DNA from: Lama guanicoe
Lineage: Eukaryota
NCBI GenBank assembly: GCA_013239625.1
Contig: MU054323.1
Span: forward strand, 19,486,819-19,550,818
DNA length: 64,000 bases
Reading direction: 5' to 3'
Shown here: positions 14,250 through 27,791 of the stretch, piece by piece
Numbering within the stretch: the first letter of the stretch is position 1
Layout: every line of letters starts with the position of its first letter
The notes under the pieces: generated by a model
Databases searched by the model: none
Told to the model about the DNA's origin: nothing
What the model saw: only the letters and a program-made list of their open reading frames with translations
Program-made: the position numbers and the translations under genes

Positions 14250-14465
14250 ATGTGCCATATTTATTATTGTACCAGGCACTGATCCAAGTGCTCTATTCGT
14301 ATTAACTTATCTAGACTTCATGACAAGATTATGAGGCATACTCTTCTTTAAATTTAGGTGAGGAAACTGAGGCCCAGAGTAGCTCAGTGACTTGCTCAAA
14401 GCAACGAAGCTAGTTAGCTGAGAAGGCAAGATTTGAACCCAGGCAGTGTGACTCTAGGGCTTGCC
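14250..14465 (-). mobile_element. MIR SINE
   Basis: gaggaaactgaggcccagag...tgacttgctcaaag...atttgaacccaggcagtgtgactc core. Confidence 0.8.
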
Positions 14466-16999
14466 CTCCAACAAGGTCTAAGAGGATATGAGTCCGTGAA
14501 CAGACATGTTCAGTAGGATCAGAGAAGAATGATTGCAGATGACACTTAAATCTGCCTGAAGTGGAGCAAGTGTCAGCATCCTCTTTCGAGGTCATGCACC
14601 AGTTTTCAGTGGAAGCATTTGATTCGGCACTGGTCCTGCAGCAGAGGTGGTAAAAGATGGGAAGAACTTCAAGCAACCTCAAGCCGAAGCAAGCTGCACA
14701 GCTCATGGGGCATCAATAGCTTAAGAGTGGGGTCTGCCACCGCCCCACCAGGCATGACTCACACAGGCTGGAGCCGAGTCCATCCTAACACTCTGCTTTC
14801 ACTAGAGGCAAATTCCCCCCTGAAATAGCTTTCTGCCATCACTGGCACTTCAGTTCTGGTATTACATTTTGCTAAGTACTCTGACTTTCACTTTCTTTGC
14901 ACATTTACATGGTTTTTATATTTCTTTTTTTTAAAGTGTTTTCAATTAAGATTCTCCTGGGCAAGAGCACTTGATATATTCAATGAACTATCTCAGACAA
15001 AGTTAAGAAATTTCTCTCAGTAACACTGTTTCAATATTTTTAATAAGAGCAAGTAAAGAGGCTATAAAGTTCAAACAGCTTAAGAGAAAAAAAGTGCATT
15101 AGAATTTGTGTTCTAAGATTAATGTGTAAACACTATTGATCTGTTTACCAAATAACAAATTAGTGCTTTTTTATAATGGCAGAGCAGAGCTTGATTAAAG
15201 ATTATTAAGCCATTGGATAAGGGATTTACAAAACTAATAAACTAAAACAACCTATTAAGTTGACATTGTCAGATTCTTGTTTGCAATCTGCTGTCAAAAC
15301 TGTGTTAGTTACTGTTGCATAGAAGAAAATCTCATATGAGGACAGTTTCCAAGGGGCCACATTTATCGTACATATTTGTGTTATGCAACATTTGTCATCA
15401 GATTGATATGAGATGAAACTGTAAGCAATATTTTTCAAATAAGCTCCAAAGACCCTTTTTTCAAGAGTGCATTACTTACTGTTTTCATAGTTACATCCAG
15501 TGTGACTAGTAGTTAGACTTCTGGCAACTTGAACCACCCAGAATATATCAAACTCAGTAAGAGAGATGGTCACAAAGCCCATGCACTTTGCTGCATAGGT
15601 GAGATGTGCCACCCAGGCAACTTTCTTTAGGAAGAAGACAAGGAAGTGTTAGAAGCCAGTGTCCTAAGGAGGCAAAAACAATGGAAGAGAAAGAACAGTA
15701 AAATAAACAAACAGCTGGCAGTGTAGAATCGCACTGTACAGGCACTGACAACCTTAATGATTTTTAAGGAACTCTCAATGCAATAATTAACATTGATAAT
15801 AACACACCCTAACCATCAGAAGTGGTTAAATTATACTCATTATTCACTATTTACCAAGAGGTGGGGGTGTCACAATCTAGATTGGAAAGGTTGGAAATGT
15901 TTAAAAACGGAGAGCTTCAGAGTATCTGTGCTACTAAGCTCACACGGGCCATTTCCCCCAAGGATACCACAAGAAAGGGATGAAGCTTTTGAAGACATCA
16001 AAGGTCACTGGTGAAGATGCTAAGCAGGAATCCAACAGCCGGGCTCTAGTTTCTGCCACTTACTTTGGGCAGAGCTAGTAACCTCCCAGCGTCCCTCGCT
16101 CGTCACCTGCAAGAGCTCACTGACACCTGTCCTCCTGCCAAACAAGGTATTTGTGAGGATTAAAAGAGTTTTTTATGTGAGAACACTGTCAAAATTAGAA
16201 AGAGTTTCGTCAATACAAAACATTATTATTACTGATTAAGTTGTAATAAATAATTTATCCTAATATTTTTATTAGATCAATCTAATGATGTCTTTCATAA
16301 TAAAAATGCCTTTCATTTCTATTTGAAGACCACATGGCTGGTGGTGTACTTGAGTAACCCTGATCCAGCCGACAGTGACACAGCACAAAGAAGCTGGCTC
16401 CAGCATTGCCCACACATTTATAAAATTTATTAAAAGCTATTTGCTCAGCCCTATATTTGAATTTGGACAAATTAAACCACGGTCTTTTGCTATAATAAAC
16501 CTAAAGTGAATTAATCACCAACTTTTCATCATTGACTACCAGCAGCTATGAGATAATCCACTTGCTTTGAGATTTTAAAATGAAAATTCAGAAGTGAAAG
16601 GAATTAATTGCAATCCTCCCCCAACCTCAGTTCTCTTCCTCATTTTCTATAACTGATTTCTCTATCCCTTTTTGGCAATAAAAGATCCCAGATTGAGTGT
16701 GCCCTCACTGCTAGCTATTCCTACTGAGAATCACCGAAAGAAGGTACTGGAAACGCAGCAGGAAACCAGACAGAGAGCAGATAGCAGGAAAGGGCGGAGG
16801 ACTCTGTGTGGAAGCCGTGGGACAGTGGGGCCAGCAGAGGGAACCTAAGCCCAGAGCTCACATCGGCACCCTGAAGAGGCCGGTGAGCAGGGACGGGGTG
16901 GAGATGGGTTTACGGGGAACATGGGTTGCACTAATGAACTGTGACTTTGGGTTTGGAAAATTCTGATCTGGCCCCACCTTTCTCTCAGACTCCAACTTC

Positions 17000-17390
17000 T
17001 GACATTGTGTGATGCTCTCCAGAACTAGACACACTGCCTCCTACCTCAGGAGAACCTCTGATGGAAATATTTTCCCTGGCACTTCCCAGGGCCTGCTCCC
17101 TCACCTCACCTGGGTGTCTGCTCAGGAGGCCTCCCTGACCACCCCCGTGTCTCCCCACGCCCAGCACCATTTCGTAGCCCTGACCTTGCTTTAGTTTTCC
17201 TTCACAACACTGACTACTGCTTTACATACTGTCTTTGTTTCTTCTCTCCCACTAGACTGGGGGGTCCACTAGGACCAACCTGTTTACTGATGTGATCCTA
17301 GTGCTTGAAGTAGGGCCTCCCAAAACAGAGGAAAAACCCCCAAATTACTGATAGAACGAACGAATAAAATACGAGTGAATGAATAAATGG
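17000..17390 (+). mobile_element. LINE-2 3' end
   Basis: ctcccactagactgg...tgtttactgatgtgatcctagtgct...gaatgaataaatgg. Confidence 0.65.
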
Positions 17391-17934
17391 ATTGGTAGAT
17401 CTAAGACCATATGGGTTATCAGAAGGACTTATTAGTAAGCATTATCACATTATAATTTATGTAGTTAACTATAAACATTGGTAATTATCCTTTACTGGTT
17501 ATCTACAGCACGCCAGACACCATGCAGGGCATAAGCCATTTCTAGGTGTCACGCAGCTCTGAGAGGTAATTATTTTTACAGATGGAGAACCTGAAGCTGG
17601 GAGAGGTCAGGTTTCTGGCCCAAAGTTAATATAGTCTGTAACAATTGTAGCCAATTTTTTTATCATACTTAACATTTGTTGTCAAGCATTGTTCTAAGCA
17701 TTTCACATGAGGGCAGTGTTATTATTCTCATTTAACAAATTAAGTTTGAGAATAAGAGTCTGTAATCATTTTACAGATTATTGTTGGGAATAATAATCAG
17801 TAGAATTTTAATTTTATAGATTGGGAAATTCAGGCACGAAACTTGCTCAATGCCAAATAGCTGGTAAATGGTGGCGCCAGAAACCCAATTCAGGCAGTCT
17901 GGGACCACGGTCAGTACTCACAGCCTACACGCTC

Positions 17935-18088
17935 TTGCTGCCCAAAGTAAGGTCCAGGTGGCAGCAGCTTCGGCATCACCTGGGAGCTTACTGAAAATGC
18001 AGAATTGCAAGCCCCATCCCAAGCCTGCAGTCCAGGGAGACCCCCAGGTGATTCATATACACAAAGAACTTTAAAAGCTCTGCTCTAA
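17935..18088. mobile_element. MER5-type hAT-Charlie element
   Basis: gcatcacctgggagcttactgaaaatgcagaatt...ccccaggtgattcat. Confidence 0.7.
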
Positions 18089-18339
18089 ACATACTGCCTC
18101 TCTCAGGCAGGCAAGCAGAGTTGGACAGAAATAATTTTATGACACGAGGACTAGAATAGAAATCACATTTTAACTGGAAGTACTAAATAATAATTTTACG
18201 TGAATTTAACAGCAGTATAATAATCTGAACTAAAACTAAAGGAAAGTGCTGAACTTCAGATAAATGACTATTTATCCCAAAATACTATATTTCTTTAGGT
18301 ATTAAAAAAAGATTATGAAATTCATTAAGAGATTGGAAC

Positions 18340-19900
18340 CATTAGATTTTCTTTATTCTAAACCTCATGTTTCAGCTTTAGATCATCTCAACTGACTCCC
18401 TGCTATGGAGGATGACGTATTAAAATTGCTCCCTTCTCCCCTCCTTCCTTCTCTTTTCCCTACATCCACATCTATTGTGGTATTTCACTGTTTTTCTCCA
18501 TGAAAATATGTAAAATTTCCATTCTATTGCACAACCATAATTCCCTAGTTATTTAATCTTAAATCAGTATTTCCTTGGATTCAATGAGCCTGTGTGTGCC
18601 TTTGCCACATCTTCTCCATTTCTGAATTCAATATTTTGATTCATCCTTTGATTGGCTGACAGTTTTGGGGGTTTTTTTGTTTTGTTTTGTTTCTTGTTTT
18701 TGGTTTGGTTTGGTTTGGTTTTTGTCAAGTAGTGCTTTTTCAAAAGAATCACAGGTATCATATTCCATAAATTCTTTCACTTTTAAGAATGTTTACCTGC
18801 TGCCTTTACATATGAATGAAAACTTGGCCAACTATATTATCTGGGGGCCACAAATGCCTCTGGAACTCTGTAGACACCACTTCCTTCTCTCCTAACATTG
18901 GATGCTGAGAAGGCGTCTGAAGCCACATTCCAAGCGCTGATCTCTTGGAGGTACGTTTCTTCTTTTGCCCAGAAGTACTTTTTTTTAACTTCAACTTCTG
19001 GCTTTTAATCTTTGACAATTTTTGATGTAATTTGTAACTTGAGCAGAATATGTCTCTATCTAGGAAGCTATATATATTTTCCCCTGGTATAGTCTTTCCA
19101 ATGTGAATGTTTAGTTCTTTTTTCTATTTCAGGAGAATCTTCTTGAATTATTGTTCAGAACACTTTTTCTCTTCCATGTGTTGATTTCTCTGTTAGGGGC
19201 ATACTCCTGTTAGGAATCCTTTGCCCACTATAGAGGGCACCTCCTCTCTAGCTGTTTTAGTTTCCTTTTTTCCTTTATCTTCACATCCATGGAAACTAGC
19301 TCGAGCTTCTCCTTCATGCTACTAACTTGACTTTAAGCTTTGTCTATTCCATCACTTGCTGTTTGGGGTTGACTTGTTACCTGTAATGGAATTGTGTTGG
19401 CATGACAATCACTCCTTCCCCCTAATTCTTTTGATTTTACATAATACCTTGGGGCTCTTGTTCCATCAAATTTATAACCTTATTAGATTTTTCCAGAGCA
19501 TGAAGCACACCGGTAGCACATTATTCCCATCCTTGTGTTGTGCTTAATTTCAGACTCTCTTTGGTTGTGTTTCACGTGTTATGTTCTGGTTGTCTGGGTG
19601 GCTGGCTTCCTTTGGGCTACTTTATATTGGCATAGTTGTCTTGCCATCTCTTTTGCGTTGCCTAAACCTCCAATAATTCCACGCAGAAATCTATTTGACA
19701 CACATCCCATTGCACCCAGAGCCAGATTTTCTCCCCCTCTCCAAGCTACAATTTGAAGGCTGGGTGTTTACAGTATTTATTTTTCTGCTGAGTGAGCAGG
19801 AGTTGAGGAGTGGGAGAGTGAACCCAAGCTAAATGCAGTTCTTAATGAGCACTGAACATGTTAGAAAGTCTTTGTCAGAGTGGCTGAAGGATGAGCCCAT
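18340..19900 (-). mobile_element. Ancient L1 (L1ME-like) remnant
   Basis: T-rich degenerate L1 antisense motifs. Confidence 0.45.
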
Positions 19901-22900
19901 GAAACTTTAATTACTTTCTGGGCACTTATCCCCCTTTTAATGAAAGTGACTTCAAGTCCTCACCTGACCCTGTTTTAGTGGTTTCTGTACCATACTTTGT
20001 AATATTACAGCCTGCTTCTCTAGCTGCAATGGATTGGATTGGAGACTAGGAAGTTAGAAACCCATTTATCTTTGAGGAATTTTCAGAGAAAACTGTCATC
20101 AGGCAGGCACACAGCTAACAAAATAACTCAATCACATCATCTCTCTAAAGAAGTGTAAAAAGTGATCCCTTGAACTCAGATTGTTGAGCTCAGTAATGTC
20201 CATCAACTAGTCACTTTCTCTGTGAAGCCCATGGCACCTCCCAGTGTTGATTCTGAATGCTATGGCATGCTTCCTTGTAGCCATACACCCAATCTCCATT
20301 GTTAAGAACAAGGACCTTAGAGTCATAATTTCCTGAGTGCCAATCTCAGATCAACTGCTTTATCTCCATGTCACTGCAAGCAAGGTATATCCTTACTGAG
20401 TCTTAATTCTCATCTGTAGTCTGGAGTTAATGACATCTACTTATGGAGTTATTATGGAAATTATGTGAAACAACATTTAGCATATGCCTAGCATATAGTA
20501 AACACTCCATATATCTATACAATTATTCCTACACATGTTCAAAGAATCACAGAGGTACACAGGGTCATCTTACAAAGCTTCTGTTAGGGGAACACTGTAA
20601 TTAGAGAAGCCTTCTGGAAGAGATGACATCTATGCTAAATATTACTGGTTAGAGAAGTGTGAACAAGGAAGGAGAAAGGAATTTCAGAGGGGAGAGACTT
20701 CACTCACTCACTTATTCATTCAGTAAGTACTTTTTAACACCTCTAGGCACTGGAGGATACAGCAGTGAGCAAGGTAGACAAAATACACATTCTATTGGTG
20801 GAAAACAAACAATAAATACATCAATTCACACAATAATCGCAGACGCTGGGAAGTATGCCAAAGAAAATATAAGGTAAAGTAAAAGAGGTACAACATGAAG
20901 AAAAGAAAGTCAGCATTTTAGGAAACCACGATCATTCAGTGTTGTTGGATTGTGAGAGGAAACGGGGAGGGGCCAGGATCCGCTACACTGAGCTATTTGA
21001 CTTTTACGCTGTGGTGACTAGGAGCCATTGAAAGTTTCTAAGCAAAGGAACGGCGCAGTCCTTCTTGTGCTCTAAATAGATTACCCTAGAAATCGTGTGC
21101 AGGATAGGTTTGACATGGTCAAAGCCAGTGGATAAAAAGCCTATTGGGAGGCTGGAGGACAAATGAAGAAATCAAGTTATTGAGAGGTTAAACAAGGAGG
21201 AGCAGGTAAATGGATTAGCTCAGCGCGTCAGGATCCTAGCTCTGAGAACCAGTGTTTAAGTTAGGATCTGGCAATACCCAAGGAAGGAAACTGGGGGAAC
21301 ATGGAGATCCCAGGAGCTCATTCTGTTTGACTGACAGGAGGAAAAAAACATGAAGGTCAAACAGCAATAAGTGAACCTTAAGACTGAAAGTAAAGGAAAA
21401 TTTAATTCCAAACCCTGCAGGAAGACAAATCAAAATGACTCATATAGAGCCTGCCCTTTAGTTCCATCCAGGGCTGGAGTAGGTTTAAGTTTGTTTCTAA
21501 GGACTGTTACTTGATTTTGTGTCTATGGAATGGGAAAGGGAGAGGTGAGGAGAAACTAGGAAAAACAAAAAAAAGAAAATGACAAAAAGCTTCCTTTAAG
21601 ACCTTTTAAAAATGCGTCCTTTAATTGCCATCTGATATGTACATGCACCATGACATCATCTTGCCATTTATCTTGGTGACTCAATGGTAGATTTCATCCT
21701 TCTCAAAGAAGTTCTCCAGCTCTTTTCCCGGTAATACACTAATTGAGAAAACATGGGCTCTGGGGTTCAGAAGACCTGGCTTTCAGTCCTGGCTCTACCA
21801 ACGTGATCTAGAAGCCAAGCCACTTTTCCCCTTCTATACCTCTGCTCCCGCACTAGGAAAATACAAACTCCTAGTTTCTGAGAGTTAATTTAGGTGATGT
21901 ATGTTACCAAGCCTCGTATGGAGCCTGGCACAGAGTAGGTGCTCTATGAATGTTTGTTTGACTTAGCTCAAGCTTGTGATGCATGTGGAATAGGAAGGGG
22001 TGGGAGATGAGGGAGACCACCAAAATACGTGTATGTCAAACTAAGGCATTAATGGGGAGACATTTAAGAATTTTAAGAAGGGAAGAAACAGATTTGTTTT
22101 CAGGAGCCAAGTTAGAGCAAGTTAATCAGTTAGGAAATAACTGTGATAATCCAAGAAAGAAATAATGAACTCAGGCAGTGCAGTGGCAGCAAGACTGAAA
22201 AGAAGGAATGATTTTCTTAGATATTTAGGAGGAAGATTGATTAGTGCAGGAAGTGAAGGAGAAAGAAGAGAGGAGAATGACCCCTAATTTCTAGTCTGAA
22301 GAGCTGAATCCAGGATCCTATTTCAAAGACAAGTAAACACAGGAGGAGTAGCAAGTATGAAGATGCAGATAAGGCACTCACTTCTCGGATGTTCAATTAC
22401 TGAGTGATTCCTATCATTCAACAACAATTGTGGAATGCCTGAAATATCAGAATATGGGGCATACAGCAAGGACCATATAGAGCTGATCCCTCCCCTCATG
22501 GAGCTTAGATTCCAGCAAGAGAGTTAATTAGATAAAAGCATGCAAGGAAAGTGGCCCAGAGAGAAAGGAAAGCACATGTGAAGGTCTTGAAGCCAAAAGA
22601 AATATCACCTTCACGGAAGTAAGGGAATCTCAGGCTGAAGTGAAGAGAATAAGGCACAAGATGAGGATGGAGGTGTTTTCAGATTATGCAGGTCCTAGCT
22701 GGCCATTTCAAGGATGTGGGCTTTATCTCTATAGTTGGTGAAGCCGTTGATAAGTTTCGAGTGGCAGACTAAGATGTGGTCAGACTCACATTTGGACAAT
22801 TCACTCTAACCGCAGTATAGAGAATGCTTTAAGGATGTGCACTCATGAGACTAGAAGTTCTGAAAAGCCCACCTGCTACAGAACATCCAGGTGTTGTATA

Positions 22901-23579
22901 AAATAATGCAGGCATACATTTAAGTGCATTGCAGGGCTAACAAGAAAGAAACAGACATCCCCACAGCTCATGAAAAAATAACAATATGCTGAAACCAGAA
23001 TAATAGGCAAACTCTGAAGCCAGAGCTGTCCTGGGATTAAATGTTAATATCACAAAACTAGAGTTTTGGGGACTAATGGCTGTGTGGGAGAACAGGAGCT
23101 TAAACCTTGAGCCCACTGAATGGAGGGCATTAAGTTAGGATGTTTAAGAGATTGACACTCAGGGAAGAAGTAAGCTAGGAGAAAATCCATTTGCTTTTAA
23201 AGCAAGAGATAAGGATACCCATTTATCTCTATTGCAGCTCCAGGTGGGGTGAAAGTAGAGTTTTAAAAAATGGTAAAAACCACGGCTCTCTAAAAATCTA
23301 GATTGATCATGCATTAAAGATTTATTTAACACATTAATGAGGGAACTGGCAGGATGGATCCAGCTGGAGTATGACTGCCATGTTAAATATTGATTAATAT
23401 CCTATGGTTTTAATTATTGGCAATAAAACTGTAACTTTGGAGGTTATCTTTTCTACCAGATATAAATCACTTGCATCTCTACCAAATAAGCCCTTTTTAT
23501 GATTTTCTACAAATATAGATGTAACTTCACAGAGTCTCAACCCTAATCAATAATAAACTGTAAGTCAGAGGCATATTCC

Positions 23580-23780
23580 ACTAGAGCTACATTGACCAGT
23601 GTAGGAGCGACTACACACATGTTTAAATTAATTAAAATTAAAAGTCAGTTCCTCAGTGGCATTAGCCACATTCCACACTTTCAATAGCCACATGTGGCTG
23701 ATGGCTACTGTATGGGACAGCACAAATGCAGAGACATTTTCATCAACATAGAAAGTTCTTTTGGGCTTTGCTGCCCCAGA
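23580..23780. mobile_element. MER3-like hAT-Charlie element
   Basis: tcagttcctcagtggcattagccacatt...catgtggctgatggctactgtatgggacagcac. Confidence 0.7.
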
Positions 23781-24084
23781 GAATCAGTTCACTCTTGGGT
23801 AGGCCTCTTAGACAACACTCCAGTACAACGCTGAAAGGGCATGTGGCCATCCTTTCATCTTATTTCCAAATTTTGGAACATTTTTCTTAATAGTAGAAAT
23901 ATTAATCATGGTAATTATATACTCCCAGAGAATTTGCAATCTTATGTTTGTTTCTGCCCTCTTTCAGATCTCAAGCTCAGTTTCACACCACTCTCATTAT
24001 AGGTGATACCCTAAGCTGAGAAATTAAAGTGATAGGAGGGTGTGCTTAATTGGGTCTGGTAGAAATCACATAAATTTTCTTGAA

Positions 24085-24462
24085 ATTTTATTTTATTTTT
24101 AATTACTTTGTTGAGATATTATTAACATATAAAAGCTACACATATTTAATGTATACAGCTTGATGAGTTTGGGGATAACCTGTGAAACCATCACCATAAC
24201 CTATTCCAGAAGCATATCCATTCACTTCCAAAAGTTTCCTCCCACCCTCCTTAGTTATCATTTGTGTGTGTTAAGAACATTTAACCTAATACAACTTAAT
24301 TTCAAAAAAGAAATTTCTGCCCAATCAAAACATGGGCAGAAGACCTAAATAGACATCTCTCCAAAGAAGATACACAGGTGGCCAATAAGCATATGAGAAG
24401 ATGCTCAACATCACTAATTGTTAGAGAAATGCAAATCGAAGCTACAATGAGGTATCACCTCG
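24085..24462. mobile_element. Two abutting L1 pieces in opposite orientation (minus 3' end ~24085-24285; plus ORF2 end ~24286-24462)
   Basis: T-rich L1MA 3' end followed directly by cccaatcaaaacatgggcagaagacctaaatagacat...atgaggtatcacctc. Confidence 0.7.
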
Positions 24463-27400
24463 CAGCCTGAGTCCGTACTTCCTGTTCTTCTGTTGTTCTG
24501 GCTTTGAGTTCCCTCTTAATTTTGTGCTTAGTTATTTCATTTGTTTTTAAGCTCAGCTTTTACTATTATTGTGTTGTTGTTGTTGCTGCTGTTGTTTTTA
24601 ACCAGTATATATCTGTGTTTGCAGAAGTAAGGGTACTGATCTACATCAGCTGGATCCACTTTGTTGCTAGAAGTTTCCATTTGGGTGTCCTTTTATATGC
24701 AGGATTAAGTTTCCTTTTCTAATTCTCTCATCCTGACCCTTAGTTCTCAGACGCAAACTTGATTTGAAATATCCTACTCAGTTAGTCCCAGCATTTCTTC
24801 ATCCAACTTAAAGACATGCTTGGAGAAGAGCAAAGGAAGTAGCTCAGGTGTCCCTTGAATTCTCTGAATCTGACTTTCTACGTAGTCTTCAGACCCCACA
24901 CGTTTTCATTCCTTTAAGAAATTAGTGTCACTCAAAGGCAATGACTGCTCTTTTTATCCAGAAATATACCTCCTTTGGCTCCCTCAGTAATTCTCTCATT
25001 AGGTCTTACACACAATTCTTGGATATTTCCACTTCCTTTTTGTCAGGTTGCCTGCCTAATTAAGAGCACCTCAAGACTGAGAACACAGGTAATGTGCTTT
25101 ACCGAGGGGCCAATTAAATGACTATTTTTGCTGTTTCATTACAAGCAGCATCAGAAATAAAAATGGGGATCTAATCTTCTATGCAAAGGGAAGTTCTGTT
25201 GTTTCCAATTTTTCTCTAAAGTACAATGCCCTTTGGTAGATAGAAGGTAATGGCTTATGCAAAGTAATGTACTTAAAGTATTTGCAACTTAACATAGGCC
25301 ACTTTGGGGGGAAAGCCTTTGTTAATATCCAACAAATAAGAAGAAACATTAATACATATACTATATGTTATATTGCATACATTATATAATACCTCATTTT
25401 GAAAACTATATTCTATCCAAGGATAAAAGTAAGCTTGATTGTCATCTAAGATAATGTACAAAAAAGATCATAAACAAATCAGTCTACAAATCCTTGTCTA
25501 TTTACTCTTTCGTAAATATAAGTGAAAATAGTGCAAAGCAGTGAAAGATTGCATTTCCATAAAATACTCAGTGGTCTCATCAGTTATTTAAGTATTTGTC
25601 CATCTTTAAGCTCTCCAGCTATTTCAGTGAGGTCATTTTTTACAAAAAAGTATGAATAATTTGACTCATCTTCTCCAGATAAATAATCACTAAGTATTGT
25701 AGTGAGACCAAATAATATGTTTATGTGTGAATAACCTCTTTTCTTTAAAAAAAATCAGATGCCTTTTTGCGTGTTCTTTAAACATTCCTTACCTTCTGCC
25801 TTCACTAATCATGTAGAAAGTGCAAGTTTCACAGGTACTCTCAAACTTCTTTATTTTGTAAGTAACTACTGAATCACACAAGGATTGCCTCCCACTCATA
25901 TAGCATTCTACCTGCCCAGCTTTTAATAAGAATAAGTGTCTACTCAAAGACTTCTAACATCAGCCCTTGGTCCATGCTTTGTCCTGGTCAAAACAGAAAA
26001 AGGAATAAATGTAAAGGCGTAGTCAGACTCCTCTCTATTCCCCCACTCTGCTCAGTTGCCTCCCCACTCCACCTCTGTACATCTTTGTGTCTCTCCCTTA
26101 TTTCATGGGACTGCAGTTCTGTTAACAGAGACTGGAAGGCTTAAAGATAGATTGATTTTTTTGGCTCTTGACATGTACCTCACTTACAAACTTTTAATAT
26201 TTACAAAGAAAAGGCAGATTCTTGTAGCTAAACACAGCCGAAATTGCATTGTTCCAATACAACCCTGTTGTTCAATTATTCAACCCTTACAATCTTTCCA
26301 AAAGAGTAGTTCCTCATACATATTTTCTAGTGGCAAAGAAATTCTCACTGTTAAGTTGGCAGGTGAAAAGGATGACAGCTATTATAAATAATACAGAAAT
26401 CTTATATGCTAGATCAACATACAAGGTAATAGAAACTCCTCGTTTGAGCGACATGCCAGAACCCAACATCCACATGATTTTTTATCTCCTTCAAAGTAGG
26501 CAGCTTGGAATGTGTCTTCACTGTTCTTACAGGCAATGCTGCCTTTGCTCAGAACGTTTTTGGAATTTCTTTTTCAAAATTGTCTTCAGGTCCGGGGACA
26601 TGTTGCTTTGAACAGCCTCTGGGTAGCAAACCCCCATCATAAAGAGTAGTTCTTACTTCATATTGTTTTTAAGATGTAAACATTATTGGGAGCCAACTGA
26701 AATAGGTATTCAAGGTGGAAAATATATTTGAGTTTGCTTAAATACCAGGTAATGAGACAATGGGGTAATGCGGGTATTTTTCGAATGCATCTTATAAACT
26801 GATCCTGAAACTAGGATGAATTTCAAAATCGTTGCAGAAACAACAGGCTCATAACAACAAAAACAAGTCTTCTCACAGCAACTCCTTTGAAGGGCAGCAC
26901 TCCTCTCTTAACAGTGTAAGTACCGTTGTATTTCTCGCGTGAAGTTACTTTTTGTTTATGAAGCATATATTCATTCTCTTTAAAAATGTTTAAAGAGGTT
27001 TGCTGAAGATATTTTTACGTTCAAGTTGTATACAATTTTTTTTTAAGATTTGCTTTCAAAATGTGTTTGGGCACTATTCAAGGAAGGTAGCTGTTTTCTG
27101 GGGGAAATGCTAGGTTATGACCATTGGCATTTTATTTACTTCAGAGTAGGTTTCCTTGGCTGCATAAAGCATGCAAATATTTGTACAATGTTCCTGAGGC
27201 AGAGAAATGGAGTGAAGTCATAGGAGATGCCGCAGACTTGGAAGGAAGGAGTGTTAACTCTAGCTTGGGCTAATCTTTTGGTTTAGTGACAACAAATATC
27301 AGTTCATTTTTCCAACAGTGATGCTCATCAGCCTCTGAGGATTTGCAGAATTAAGTGAAGTGACTTTTGAAAGCCCTACAGAGTCAAGTTGTGGCAGGAG

Positions 27401-27752
27401 ACAGATCCTTAGAGCTCTAAATGGGAAAATCCAAAAATACTATCATGAACTGGTAATCAGAGTTTAGCTCCTTTTTAGCCTCAGACCCATTTGCTGCACT
27501 TTCAGGCTTCTGGAGGATGGATGATGCTGAAATGCTAGATGAGCACAGGGATTACTGAAGCGCAGGACTCAAATGGTCACAACCAAAAACCCGGACACAC
27601 CAAGAGTCTCTGGAATTGTGATTATGATCAGCAATCATGGTAACCATTGCTGGAGACAGAAAGTATGTGTATATATATAGTATATTGTTACACATTATCT
27701 GCATATGTATTTTTTTAAATCCAAAGTATATAGATAGATCCACATTTTAGAC

Positions 27753-27790
<38 letters not shown>
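27753..27790. repeat. (AGAT)9-10 microsatellite
   Basis: Perfect tetranucleotide run. Confidence 0.95.

Positions 27791-27791
<1 letters not shown>

Noticed and set aside
11238..14640. Other minus-strand acceptors (~11307, ~14636) that could be chained into a gene model
   Set aside because: The donors are weak or non-canonical and the joined peptide is unrecognisable; insufficient support.
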